Below are positions 8,119 through 16,134 of a DNA stretch of 58,812 nucleotides, in pieces (the first letter of the stretch is position 1; each line of letters opens with the position of its first letter). The notes beneath the pieces are model-generated. The model was not told where the DNA came from, searched no databases, and worked only from the letters and a program-made list of their open reading frames with translations. The DNA is from Patescibacteria group bacterium (GTDB lineage Bacteria; Patescibacteriota; Patescibacteriia; UBA11705; JABHMO01): contig JBAYHA010000001.1 in NCBI GenBank assembly GCA_041666425.1, positions 1 through 58,812 on the forward strand, in the 5' to 3' direction. The position numbers and the translations under genes were made by a program.

Positions 8119-9369
8119 TTAATTTAATTTTTGCAAAACCAACAATGATTCAATATGCGGAGTGTGCGGAAAAAAATTATAAAGTTTGGCAAATTTTATT
8201 TCGTATTTTTCTTTTAATAAATTGAAATCCCGAGCCTGAGTTGATTGATCACAAGAAAGATAAATGATTTTTGGTGGTAATTCTTTTAAAATCTTATCCA
8301 CAATTTCTTTGTCCAACCCTTGCCGTGGCGGATCAACAATCAAAACTTTTTTGCCATCAATTTTATTTTTGGCCGATTCAGCGGTTGATTTTTCCATCTT
8401 GCAATTATCCAAACTGTTTTTTTCAATATTTTCTCTGGCAAAATCAACGGCCTCGGAATTTATCTCCACTAATTCAGCGGATTTAAATTTATCAGCCAAA
8501 GATAAAGCAATGGCGCCAACTCCGGAATAAAAATCAACAACCACATCTTTGGTTGTCAAAAATTCGGCAATATCATTCAAGACTTTTTGAAAAATCGGAA
8601 CATTTATTTGGAAAAATGAATTTACCCCGAATTTTAAAATGGTATTATTCAAATCTTCAGTCAACGCATTTACACCCACATTAAAAATCTTTTTTGTTTC
8701 AAATTCATCATCCTGATAAAAAATTACACCGCTGACACATTTTGGTAATTTAAATTTTTCCAATCCTGTTTTTTCACGAACAAAAACGGCCACCAACACT
8801 TGTCCCTCGGAGTTTCCACGAAAAATTATTTTTTTGAAAATATTTTTTGGAATCTTGGTTTTGTTCAAAACATCAAGAAACAAATCGGCTGCCTTGTTGA
8901 TCTCCAAACTGGCCAAAGCGCAACTATACACTTTTGTTAAATCATTCGTACCGGGAGCAAAAATCGCATAACTCAATTTTTCTTCATCAACGATAAAATT
9001 AAATTCAATTTTATTTCGATAGTTATATTCTTTGGCATCAGTCTCAATTTGCAATTCCGGCAAATCAATTTTGGCAAAACGTTGAAATGTTTCAAAAACG
9101 ATTTGGCATTTTATTTTATTTTCTTCCGAGAAATCTAAAATTTGCCAAGGACTACAACTGCGGTAATGATCCTCTCTTGGCTCCACGCGAAATTTACTTG
9201 GTTTTAAAACTTTCACCACTTTGGCTTCGGCAAAACTTTTGCCCTCCTTGGTAATCGTTACGTCAACTGATTCACCAGGCAAAGCGCCTTCGACAAAATA
9301 GACCTTACCTTGTTCTCGTGCCAAAGCTTTTCCACCGAAAACCAATTTTTCAATTTTTAATTTTTGCAT
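8119..9369 (-). CDS. rlmD: 23S rRNA (uracil-5-)-methyltransferase, RumA/TrmA family, with N-terminal TRAM domain
   Basis: TRAM-like N-terminus, SAM motif DFYSGVGAIAL, DPPRQG, C-terminal YLSCDQSTQARD. The ORF opens with GTG-TAT-ATG; the ATG at 9369 is taken as the start. Confidence 0.8.
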   Translation of the reverse strand: MQKLKIEKLVFGGKALAREQGKVYFVEGALPGESVDVTITKEGKSFAEAKVVKVLKPSKFRVEPREDHYRSCSPWQILDFSEENKIKCQIVFETFQRFAKIDLPELQIETDAKEYNYRNKIEFNFIVDEEKLSYAIFAPGTNDLTKVYSCALASLEINKAADLFLDVLNKTKIPKNIFKKIIFRGNSEGQVLVAVFVREKTGLEKFKLPKCVSGVIFYQDDEFETKKIFNVGVNALTEDLNNTILKFGVNSFFQINVPIFQKVLNDIAEFLTTKDVVVDFYSGVGAIALSLADKFKSAELVEINSEAVDFARENIEKNSLDNCKMEKSTAESAKNKIDGKKVLIVDPPRQGLDKEIVDKILKELPPKIIYLSCDQSTQARDFNLLKEKYEIKFAKLYNFFPHTPHIESLLVLQKLN

Positions 9370-9377
9370 ATACACGA

Positions 9378-9420
9378 GTTTATAAAGTTCATAAAGTTTA
9401 GAAAGTTCATAAAGTATAAA
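9378..9420. repeat. Tandem 9-mer array (YATAAAGTT on the + strand) abutting the rlmD start codon
   Basis: gtttataaagtt cataaagtt tagaaagtt cataaagta. The same array type occurs at four other gene starts. Confidence 0.8.
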
Positions 9421-9625
9421 TCTTTAACTTTGAAAAATTTACGACCGCTATTGTTAAATAATGAAACAATTAAATACCTTTCCTAACCGACTTTAGTCGG
9501 TGTATAAAAGATTTATAAAAAACACTAATAATCATGACGACGACTAAAGGCCTGCACCGAGCAGAGTCGCCGTGCTTCGCCATAGCGGCTACGCGACGGC
9601 AAGAAGTGTCGTCTAAGAAAATAGA

Positions 9626-10273
9626 CTATTTTTTAAAAAAACACACAATCCCCGCATGAACTTTTTGATAAATACGATAATCAATCGGTAAATTATTCAT
9701 AAACAGTTTTTGCAAACTGTCGTAATCTTTTTTATTAATAATTTTGAACTTTTGACAAAACCGTCGGGTGTATTCATCAATAACAAAAATCGGTTTGTCC
9801 AGGGCATAGTTCAAAATACTGTCAGCCGTTTCTTTACCAATACCCTTAACCGACAAAAGCGCTCGGCGAAGCTCCGGTAAATCCAGTTGTTTCAGTTTGT
9901 TAAGACTGCCCTTAGTTTTAACAAATTTAGCTAAATTTTGCAAGTATTGGCTTTTGGAGCGAAAAAAACCGGCCGGTTTGATAATTTCCTGCAATAGGCT
10001 GTTATCTCCGGCCGGCAAATTAAGATATTTATTCAAAGTTAACATTTTGGCTTTTCTTAACTTTTGAATAGCCAACTCCACGTTTCGCCAAGAAGTATTC
10101 TGCGCCAAAATCGCGCCAATCATTATTTCTTGTCGATCTTGAGCAGTTTTGTTTTTTTTGCACCAAAATTTCCACTGAACTTGCGCCGGCAATTTCATTT
10201 TTTCCAATTCGGCAAGTGCTTTGATTATTTTCTCATTTTTCATAAAAACGCAGATCCATGTTGAAAGCACCAT
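9626..10273 (-). CDS. Endonuclease III-like HhH-GPD base-excision repair protein
   Basis: IGAILAQNTSWRNV, helix-hairpin-helix LLSVKGIGKETADSILNY, then VIDEYTRRF. Alternative start at MKNEK (10243). Confidence 0.75.
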   Translation of the reverse strand: MVLSTWICVFMKNEKIIKALAELEKMKLPAQVQWKFWCKKNKTAQDRQEIMIGAILAQNTSWRNVELAIQKLRKAKMLTLNKYLNLPAGDNSLLQEIIKPAGFFRSKSQYLQNLAKFVKTKGSLNKLKQLDLPELRRALLSVKGIGKETADSILNYALDKPIFVIDEYTRRFCQKFKIINKKDYDSLQKLFMNNLPIDYRIYQKVHAGIVCFFKK

Positions 10274-10276
10274 CCG

Positions 10277-11068
10277 CTAAAGCTCTTTTTGTTTGCGCTT
10301 TGTTTCTATATATCTGCGCAAGGCCGATTCCCACGCCAATTCAAAAATGGTTTTCATAGTCTTGGCAATTTCCACATCCTTGATCAAAACGGCCGACAAA
10401 TCTTTGCCCAAAGAAGAAATACGAAAAGTATCACCATAAATGGCCAAGTCGCAAGTAATCGGAAAATCTTTGTCAATCAAATTAACGCGCATACCGTCAG
10501 GAGAACTTTGTTTTTCTCCTTTTTCATAAGAATAAATAACTTTTGTTTGGACTTTTTTTTGCAAACGAATTTCCTTGAATTTTTTTCTTTCTTCTTCAGT
10601 AAAAAGATTGCTCAAACGATCTTGAGAATAAACCATACGCAACGGTTCGCTCTCTGCTTTTGCAGAATCGGCCATAAATTCTTCCATACAATTAAGCAAT
10701 CCTTGTCGTCCGTCAAAAAATCTTATCACCGGTTTGTCGACTTTTTTGTTTTGGATCATGCGCAGTTGCGGTAAAAGTCTTTTGAAGTTCTTTTCTTTTT
10801 CTTCCAAATCTTTTTTCTTTATTTCAAAAACAGAATCAAGTTGATCAGGACTGGTGGCCACAAAAAAAGCTTTTTTGCCATGTTCATAAGAACTAACCAG
10901 ACCTTTTTCTTTTAACGCTTCAAGAATTATGTAAGTGGTGGCGCGATTAACCCCTGATTCTTTGGCAATATTTTGTACCGAGGCTTGCCCCAATTCCAGA
11001 GATGACAAATAGACACGCGCTTCTTTGTCAGTCAAACCAATTTTTTGCAATTCATTCGCTAATTGCAT
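10277..11068 (-). CDS. TrmB-family transcriptional regulator
   Basis: N-terminal wHTH LGLTDKEARVYLSSLELGQASVQNIAKESGVNRATTYIILEALKEKGLV. Own promoter TTGCGT-17-TATAAT at 11094..11122 (minus strand). Confidence 0.75.
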   Translation of the reverse strand: MQLANELQKIGLTDKEARVYLSSLELGQASVQNIAKESGVNRATTYIILEALKEKGLVSSYEHGKKAFFVATSPDQLDSVFEIKKKDLEEKEKNFKRLLPQLRMIQNKKVDKPVIRFFDGRQGLLNCMEEFMADSAKAESEPLRMVYSQDRLSNLFTEEERKKFKEIRLQKKVQTKVIYSYEKGEKQSSPDGMRVNLIDKDFPITCDLAIYGDTFRISSLGKDLSAVLIKDVEIAKTMKTIFELAWESALRRYIETKRKQKEL

Positions 11069-11135
11069 AGTGTTGTTATTAATTTATAACAACATTATAC
11101 GATTTTTCACCTTTTCACGCAACAATACTATTAAC

Positions 11136-11404
11136 AAAAAAAGCACCTTAATTAAGGTGCCCCAACTATTATTTTATGAACGCTTTTACTAATCTTCCAT
11201 TTTTAAAAAAAGCAATGAACCCCCAATCACGTTTTCATTTACTCCTCCTTTTGCCAAAAAAATCATCACCCATGCGCTTTTCCTCCTTGTCAAAGGGACA
11301 ACTTGTTTTGTCATCTCAATGATCGACTTTTGATTTTACTCTCCACCCGCCCGCAGAGAAAACAACCGTTCAGTTGTCCATGATTACCTCCACCGTTAAG
11401 TTGA
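11136..11404 (-). ncRNA. Candidate stand-alone RNA (about 270 nt) rich in SD-like GGAGG boxes; class unknown
   Basis: Bounded by the promoter at 11411..11439 and by the hairpin GCACCTTAATTAAGGTGC plus T7 (11136..11160, minus sense). No ORF longer than 12 codons. Confidence 0.35.
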
Positions 11405-11410
11405 CAAAAA

Positions 11411-11439
11411 ATATTATCACAAAAATTTACTCCCGTCAA
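11411..11439 (-). promoter_or_regulatory. Sigma-70-type promoter TTGACG-17-TAATAT
   Basis: -35 is the reverse complement of 11434..11439 and -10 of 11411..11416, with an exact 17-nt spacer. Confidence 0.55.
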
Positions 11440-11574
11440 CAATAATAAGTTTTTCATATAAATTCAAGAAAATTAAACACAAAACGCCAAGACATTTCGA
11501 CAAAGAAAGAGCACCATTTTTTATTTAAAATTAGATAAAATCAAACAACAAAAACCATTTTTTGTCATACGCTA

Positions 11575-11603
11575 TTGACAAAATTTTATAAACGAGCTAT
11601 ACT
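11575..11603 (+). promoter_or_regulatory. Sigma-70-type promoter TTGACA-17-TATACT
   Basis: -35 at 11575..11580, -10 at 11598..11603, 17-nt spacer. Divergent from the promoter at 11411..11439. Confidence 0.6.
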
Positions 11604-11609
11604 GTTATG

Positions 11610-11826
11610 TTAGCTTTCAAAAACAATATTTTCGATGGAAAGCCGAAGTCTAGACTTCCTACAAATTTCTTATGTCTTTTGGAGGAAAAACTGAGCCTTC
11701 GTGTCGAAAATAATCGCACCGCTTCTTGGGCTCGTCAAAACAGTGCCAAAAAGCAGTGAGAGAAACATTAAAATCATTGATTTGATTATAAACAAAAATC
11801 CGCTTCCTATGCTTAGCGGTTTTTTG
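11610..11826 (+). ncRNA. Candidate stand-alone RNA (about 215 nt); class unknown
   Basis: Runs from the 11575..11603 promoter to the terminator CCGCT-N10-AGCGG plus T7 (11800..11826). Internal hairpin GAAGT-CTAG-ACTTC; 5' and 3' ends can form an interrupted helix. No RBS-preceded ORF. Confidence 0.35.
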
Positions 11827-11896
11827 TTTGTTTTTCCCAAACAAAAAAACTGCCTAATTGCAGTCTTTATAAATTAATAAAAAGCCATTTGTCGTT

Positions 11897-11920
11897 AAAA
11901 AATATAGCTGGCGCGCCAGC
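11897..11920 (-). terminator. GC palindrome GCTGGCGCGCCAGC plus T-run downstream of tRNA-Thr
   Basis: Perfect 14-nt palindrome at 11907..11920, followed in minus sense by TATATTTTTT. Confidence 0.5.
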
Positions 11921-11938
11921 CGAAGCCTTGGCGTAGGC

Positions 11939-12014
11939 TGGAGCCGTTGATCGGAATTGAACCGATGACCTTTTCCTTACCATGGAAATGCTCTACCAAC
12001 TGAGCTACAACGGC
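11939..12014 (-). tRNA. tRNA-Thr (anticodon GGU), CCA encoded
   Basis: Manual cloverleaf: acceptor GCCGTTG/CAACGGC, D arm GCTC-AGTTGGTA-GAGC, anticodon arm TTTCC-ATGGTAA-GGAAA, T arm ATCGG-TTCAATT-CCGAT, discriminator T, CCA. Confidence 0.9.
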
Positions 12015-12042
12015 AAAATAATTTCTATAATTTTCTTTTATA

Positions 12043-12103
12043 ATGGAAATGCTCACCAACTGTCCCAAAGGGATCACTTCGTGAAGCTACAACGGCAAAA
12101 TAA
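12043..12103 (-). pseudogene. Duplicated 5'-half fragment of tRNA-Thr interrupted by a 22-nt mini-repeat
   Basis: atggaaatgctc-accaactg[tcccaaagggatcacttcgtga]agctacaacggcaaaataa compared with the intact atggaaatgctctaccaactgagctacaacggcaaaataa at 11983..12022. Confidence 0.65.
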
Positions 12104-12182
12104 CCTAATTCTGAATTCTCCCAAAGGGATCACTTGCCCCTTTGGGGCTTCGTGATAAATTCTGAATTTTGGAACAATATAT

Positions 12183-13034
12183 TTATAATTCTTTTAGCTT
12201 TTCGTAAAACTCCTGAATCTTTTGGTTTTCCGGATTGACCGATTCCAGTTTTTTGATAAAATCAAGCGCCCTGGACTTTTGCTTCAAGATTATACACGAT
12301 TCTATAAATTTATCAAGGTATTTGGGATTATTTTCATCAACCGACAAAGCCTTGACCAAAAACTCATTGGCGATAAATTCTTGATCCAATTCGTGAAAAA
12401 TTTCCGCCAAAGAAAAATAGGCCTTGCCTAAAACCACTCCATTTTGGTATAAGAACAGTTCCTGACCATTTTCTACGGCCGTAACTTTTTTGCCGGATTT
12501 TTCCAAAAGTTTAATCACGCAAAGCGCGGTTTCTTTGGCCTGTTTGAACTCTTTTTGCGCAATATAAAGATCGGTCAAACCTTCATAAGCGGAAACATTC
12601 TTGGCATCCAAACTGATTACTTCGATAAACGTCTTCTCCGCTTCTCCGAAATTTTCTTCCTTTAAATTTTTCATTCCCGTCGTCAACAAAAGATTAATCT
12701 GGCCGCATACTTCCTTTGGCAATAAATGATTTTTCTTTTGTGACTCTTGCTGATATTTTTTTTCTAATTCAAAAACCTTTTTTGGCAGTTTTTTAAAAAC
12801 CCCAAAAAGTCCACCGGTAATAATCGCGGATTTGTTTTTTAGAATTTTTGATTTTTCAGTTGCGCTCCTTTTTAGTCTTTCAAAAAGCAACCGATCACGC
12901 AAACGATCCGCTTGCGCTTCCGGAACGGTCGCCACATCCAAAATTCTAATCTTTGGCAGTTTGCGCCAAAAAATATAACCGATTCCGCCGGCGCAAATTA
13001 TTATTATAAAAATTAAAATTATATTTAAAAACAT
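12183..13034 (-). CDS. Membrane-anchored TPR-repeat protein
   Basis: N-terminal TM helix. TPR-like segments: AEKTFIEVISLDAKNVSAYEGLTDLYIAQKEFKQA and GKAYFSLAEIFHELDQEFIANEFLVKALSVDENNP. Confidence 0.6.
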   Translation of the reverse strand: MFLNIILIFIIIICAGGIGYIFWRKLPKIRILDVATVPEAQADRLRDRLLFERLKRSATEKSKILKNKSAIITGGLFGVFKKLPKKVFELEKKYQQESQKKNHLLPKEVCGQINLLLTTGMKNLKEENFGEAEKTFIEVISLDAKNVSAYEGLTDLYIAQKEFKQAKETALCVIKLLEKSGKKVTAVENGQELFLYQNGVVLGKAYFSLAEIFHELDQEFIANEFLVKALSVDENNPKYLDKFIESCIILKQKSRALDFIKKLESVNPENQKIQEFYEKLKEL

Positions 13035-13037
13035 AGT

Positions 13038-13904
13038 TTATAATTTAAACGAGCCACTGCCAAAATTACGAATTTTTCGCTCTACGGTCTTTTGCATTTG
13101 ACGCGTGGCCGGCGCGAGAATTTCTCGTGGGTCAAAAATATTTTTATTCTTGGCCCAAAAAGCTTTTTCGGCCAAAGCAAAAGAATAACGCAATTCACTG
13201 TCAATATTGATAATTCTAATTCCGTAGTAAATCGCCTTTTTGATGGAAATGAATTTGAAACCGGAAGCTCCATGCAAAACCAATGGAACTTTTACCTGTT
13301 TTTTTATTTCTTTTAATCTCGCGAAATCTAATTTTAAAATTTTATGCTCAGTTAATTTTTCTACACCATGATAGTTGCCAATAGCCACCGCCAAAGTGTC
13401 CACTCCTGTTGCGAAAACAAAATCGACGGCTTCTTGCGGTTCAGTCAAAAAAGCTTCCGAATCCTCACTCTTTAACCAATCTTCAGAACCTTCCAACCGC
13501 CCTAACTCTCCTTGGACAAAAACCTCTTTGGCATGCGCATAATTAACCACCTTTTTGGTCAAAGCAATATTTTGCTCAAAGGGCAAAGTCGAACCGTCAA
13601 TCATCACCGAGGAATATCCCGCATTGATACAATCCCGCGCCAATTCAAAATCATGCCCATGATCCAGATGCAAAGCAACCGGAATTTTGACATTATCAGC
13701 AGACACCCGAATCAAAGAACTCAATTCCTTTAATCCGGCATATTTAATGGCGCTGGGCGAAGTTTGGATAATTACCGGTGATTTCATTTTTTCCGCTCCG
13801 CGCAAAACCGCCTGCAAAATCTCCAAATTATTAACATTAAAAGCACCAATCGCACAATGTCGCCGGTTAGCGTAATCAAGAAGTTTTTTTATATGTACTA
13901 ACAT
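13038..13904 (-). CDS. fba: Class II fructose-bisphosphate aldolase
   Basis: AIGAFNVNNLE, LHLDHGH, VMIDGS, GELG, GNYHG, LVLHGASG. Start set at MLVHIKKLLDYA; the ORF extends to 13955. Confidence 0.85.
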   Translation of the reverse strand: MLVHIKKLLDYANRRHCAIGAFNVNNLEILQAVLRGAEKMKSPVIIQTSPSAIKYAGLKELSSLIRVSADNVKIPVALHLDHGHDFELARDCINAGYSSVMIDGSTLPFEQNIALTKKVVNYAHAKEVFVQGELGRLEGSEDWLKSEDSEAFLTEPQEAVDFVFATGVDTLAVAIGNYHGVEKLTEHKILKLDFARLKEIKKQVKVPLVLHGASGFKFISIKKAIYYGIRIINIDSELRYSFALAEKAFWAKNKNIFDPREILAPATRQMQKTVERKIRNFGSGSFKL

Positions 13905-13992
13905 ATAAAGGTTATAACTGGTAAGTGATAAGGATAAACAGAATAAGTAAAACAAGTAGAATAAATATAAAAACCATAAAACCTAACAAAAT

Positions 13993-14754
13993 TTAATTCG
14001 CATTATGAAATGAAGCGATTGAAGCAAAATCCTCGGCATGACATGACGCTCGGCCAACCAACAAACCGCTTAATCTTTTTTCTGCAAAATAACCCGGTGC
14101 CAATAAATTGTTTACCGATCCACCGTACAAAATACGCACTTTTTCTTCAAAAAACTTTTCTGAATAAATATGTGAAACAATTCTTTTGATTATTTTTATC
14201 ATCGAGTCAATTTCTGACACTTCCAAATAATTACCGCTACCAATCGCCCAAACCGGTTCATACGCGATAACCAATTCATTTTCCGGCAGAGCGCTGACTT
14301 TTTGGATAGCTGTTTGGATTTGTTTTATCAAAACTTGTTCCGTTTGCTCAGCCTGTTTTTCGGCCATGGTTTCGCCAACACACAAAAGCGGAATTAATCC
14401 GGCTGAATAAGCCATATTTATTTTGCGATTGATCATTTCCTCGGTCTCTCTGGCCAAAGATCGTCTTTCCGAATGACCCACCAAAACATATTGGCAACCA
14501 CATTCTTTTAACATCTCGCCGGAAATCTGTCCCGTAACCGCGCCTTCTTTTTCGGTCGAAAGATCCTGCCCGCAAAGCGCCAAATCATATTTTTTTGCCA
14601 AATCTCGCAATTCCGCCAAATACAAAAAACTGGGCGCCAAAACAATCTCCAAATCCTTGGCCGAATGAACTTTGTGGACGATCTCCCTAGCCAAATTGAT
14701 TGTTTCAGTTTTTTTTAAAAACATTTTCCAGTTGGCGACCAACATTTTGCGCAT
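13993..14754 (-). CDS. tpiA: Triosephosphate isomerase
   Basis: NWKM, VGHSERR, AYEPVWAIGSG, YGGSV. Confidence 0.9.
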   Translation of the reverse strand: MRKMLVANWKMFLKKTETINLAREIVHKVHSAKDLEIVLAPSFLYLAELRDLAKKYDLALCGQDLSTEKEGAVTGQISGEMLKECGCQYVLVGHSERRSLARETEEMINRKINMAYSAGLIPLLCVGETMAEKQAEQTEQVLIKQIQTAIQKVSALPENELVIAYEPVWAIGSGNYLEVSEIDSMIKIIKRIVSHIYSEKFFEEKVRILYGGSVNNLLAPGYFAEKRLSGLLVGRASCHAEDFASIASFHNAN

Positions 14755-14762
14755 AATTTTTT

Positions 14763-16037
14763 TTATAAAATGATTTGGCGATAAATTTTTTCTTCGTCCT
14801 TGAATGGTCCGATGGCGGCCAAATTGAATTTTTCTTTTTTGAACAAAAATCGCGCGACCGATTGCACTTCTTCGGAGGAAATCGCAAAATATTTTTTTAT
14901 TTTTTGTTCCGGCGTCAAAGATTCGCCCACCAATAATTCTTGCTTGCCAAAAAATTCGGCAACATTGGAACTGTCTTCCATATTCAAAACAATTTTTCCG
15001 CGGATGAATTCTTTGGCGTCTTTTAATTCTTTGGTGGAAACACCAGACTTGGCGATTTTTTTTAGTTCTTTTTGAATAACTTCAAGCGCCAAATCAAAAC
15101 GAGAAATATCCAACCCCGATTGAATGAAAAAATTACCCGCATCTTGGTAAAAATTAGGGTAAGCGCGAATAAAATAACACAAACCCTGTCTTTCACGAAC
15201 AGAAATAAACAAACGAGAGCTCATATTTCCTCCAAGTATTATTGACAGAAGATGCATGGCATAAGCGCGCTTGTCATGATAACCAAAAGCCGGAAAACCA
15301 ATGGCCATTTGCACCTGTTGAGTTTCTTTGTAATTTAATTTTACTCGTGGCGCTTTTTGCTCGGAATGAAATTCAATAAATTTGCTATCAAGAGACAAAG
15401 GCGGCCGTTGAAATTTTTTGATGAAATCTTTTTCCAAATATTTTTTTGCTTTTTCGGCATCACGTCCGGCAACCACAATCACCAAATTATCCGGTCGATA
15501 ATATTCAGAAAGATAATTCAACATTTGCTGACGACTAACTTTTTTTATGACTTCTTCCGGCCCTGCAATATCCGCACCCAAAGGATGATTCTCGTAAATA
15601 ATCTCTTCGAGCAAACTTTCGATGTGCATGAGCGGATTGTCATGATACATGTGAATCTCTTCGATAATCACACCACGTTCGCGATTTAATTCTTCATTTT
15701 TGAAAACTGAGTTCAATAACATATCAGACAAAATATCCACGGCCAAAGAAATTTTGTCGTGATTTATTTTGACATAATATCCGGTATAATCTTTGCTGGT
15801 CATGGCATTGAACTCGGCGCCAACACGATCCAATTCTCGACTAAGATCAACAGTTTTTGGTCTTTTTTTTGTCCCTTTGAACATCATGTGTTCGATAAAA
15901 TGCGACAAACCGTTAATTTCCTTTTTTTCGTATCTCGAACCCACTCCAAAAAGAAAAAAAACTGTTGTCGCCAATGTTTCCTTTTGCGGTAAAATAAGCA
16001 AACGGATTTTGTTTGGGTAAACAGTTTTGTTAGTCAT
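14763..16037 (-). CDS. M16 (pitrilysin/insulinase) family zinc peptidase
   Basis: Inverted zinc motif GLSHFIEHMMFKGT and a two-domain M16 length. Confidence 0.85.
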   Translation of the reverse strand: MTNKTVYPNKIRLLILPQKETLATTVFFLFGVGSRYEKKEINGLSHFIEHMMFKGTKKRPKTVDLSRELDRVGAEFNAMTSKDYTGYYVKINHDKISLAVDILSDMLLNSVFKNEELNRERGVIIEEIHMYHDNPLMHIESLLEEIIYENHPLGADIAGPEEVIKKVSRQQMLNYLSEYYRPDNLVIVVAGRDAEKAKKYLEKDFIKKFQRPPLSLDSKFIEFHSEQKAPRVKLNYKETQQVQMAIGFPAFGYHDKRAYAMHLLSIILGGNMSSRLFISVRERQGLCYFIRAYPNFYQDAGNFFIQSGLDISRFDLALEVIQKELKKIAKSGVSTKELKDAKEFIRGKIVLNMEDSSNVAEFFGKQELLVGESLTPEQKIKKYFAISSEEVQSVARFLFKKEKFNLAAIGPFKDEEKIYRQIIL

Positions 16038-16134
16038 AAAAAATATATTTAATCCACCAATTAATTATAGCAAACTTTTTGAAAAAACAAAAAGGAGTAT
16101 TCCCCCTCTCTTTGTGCAAAAATAATTTTTAAAT

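Noticed and set aside
9378-9420. Possibility that the short tandem arrays (9-mers, heptamers) or GTCAT units are CRISPR arrays
   Set aside because: The period is 7-9 bp with no unique spacers. GTCAT units occur as single or inverted pairs, not as direct repeats with regular 30-40-nt spacers. No cas genes are in the window.
11659-12077. ORFs 11659..11844 (-) and 11895..12077 (-)
   Set aside because: The first is antisense to a promoter/terminator-delimited RNA unit and has no RBS. The second is read straight through tRNA-Thr and its duplicated fragment.
11939-12182. tRNA-linked integrated element (genomic island) at tRNA-Thr or tRNA-Gln
   Set aside because: The duplicated fragment is the 5' half in immediate tandem, not a 3'-end att repeat at a distance. 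No integrase, excisionase or phage/plasmid gene lies near either tRNA.
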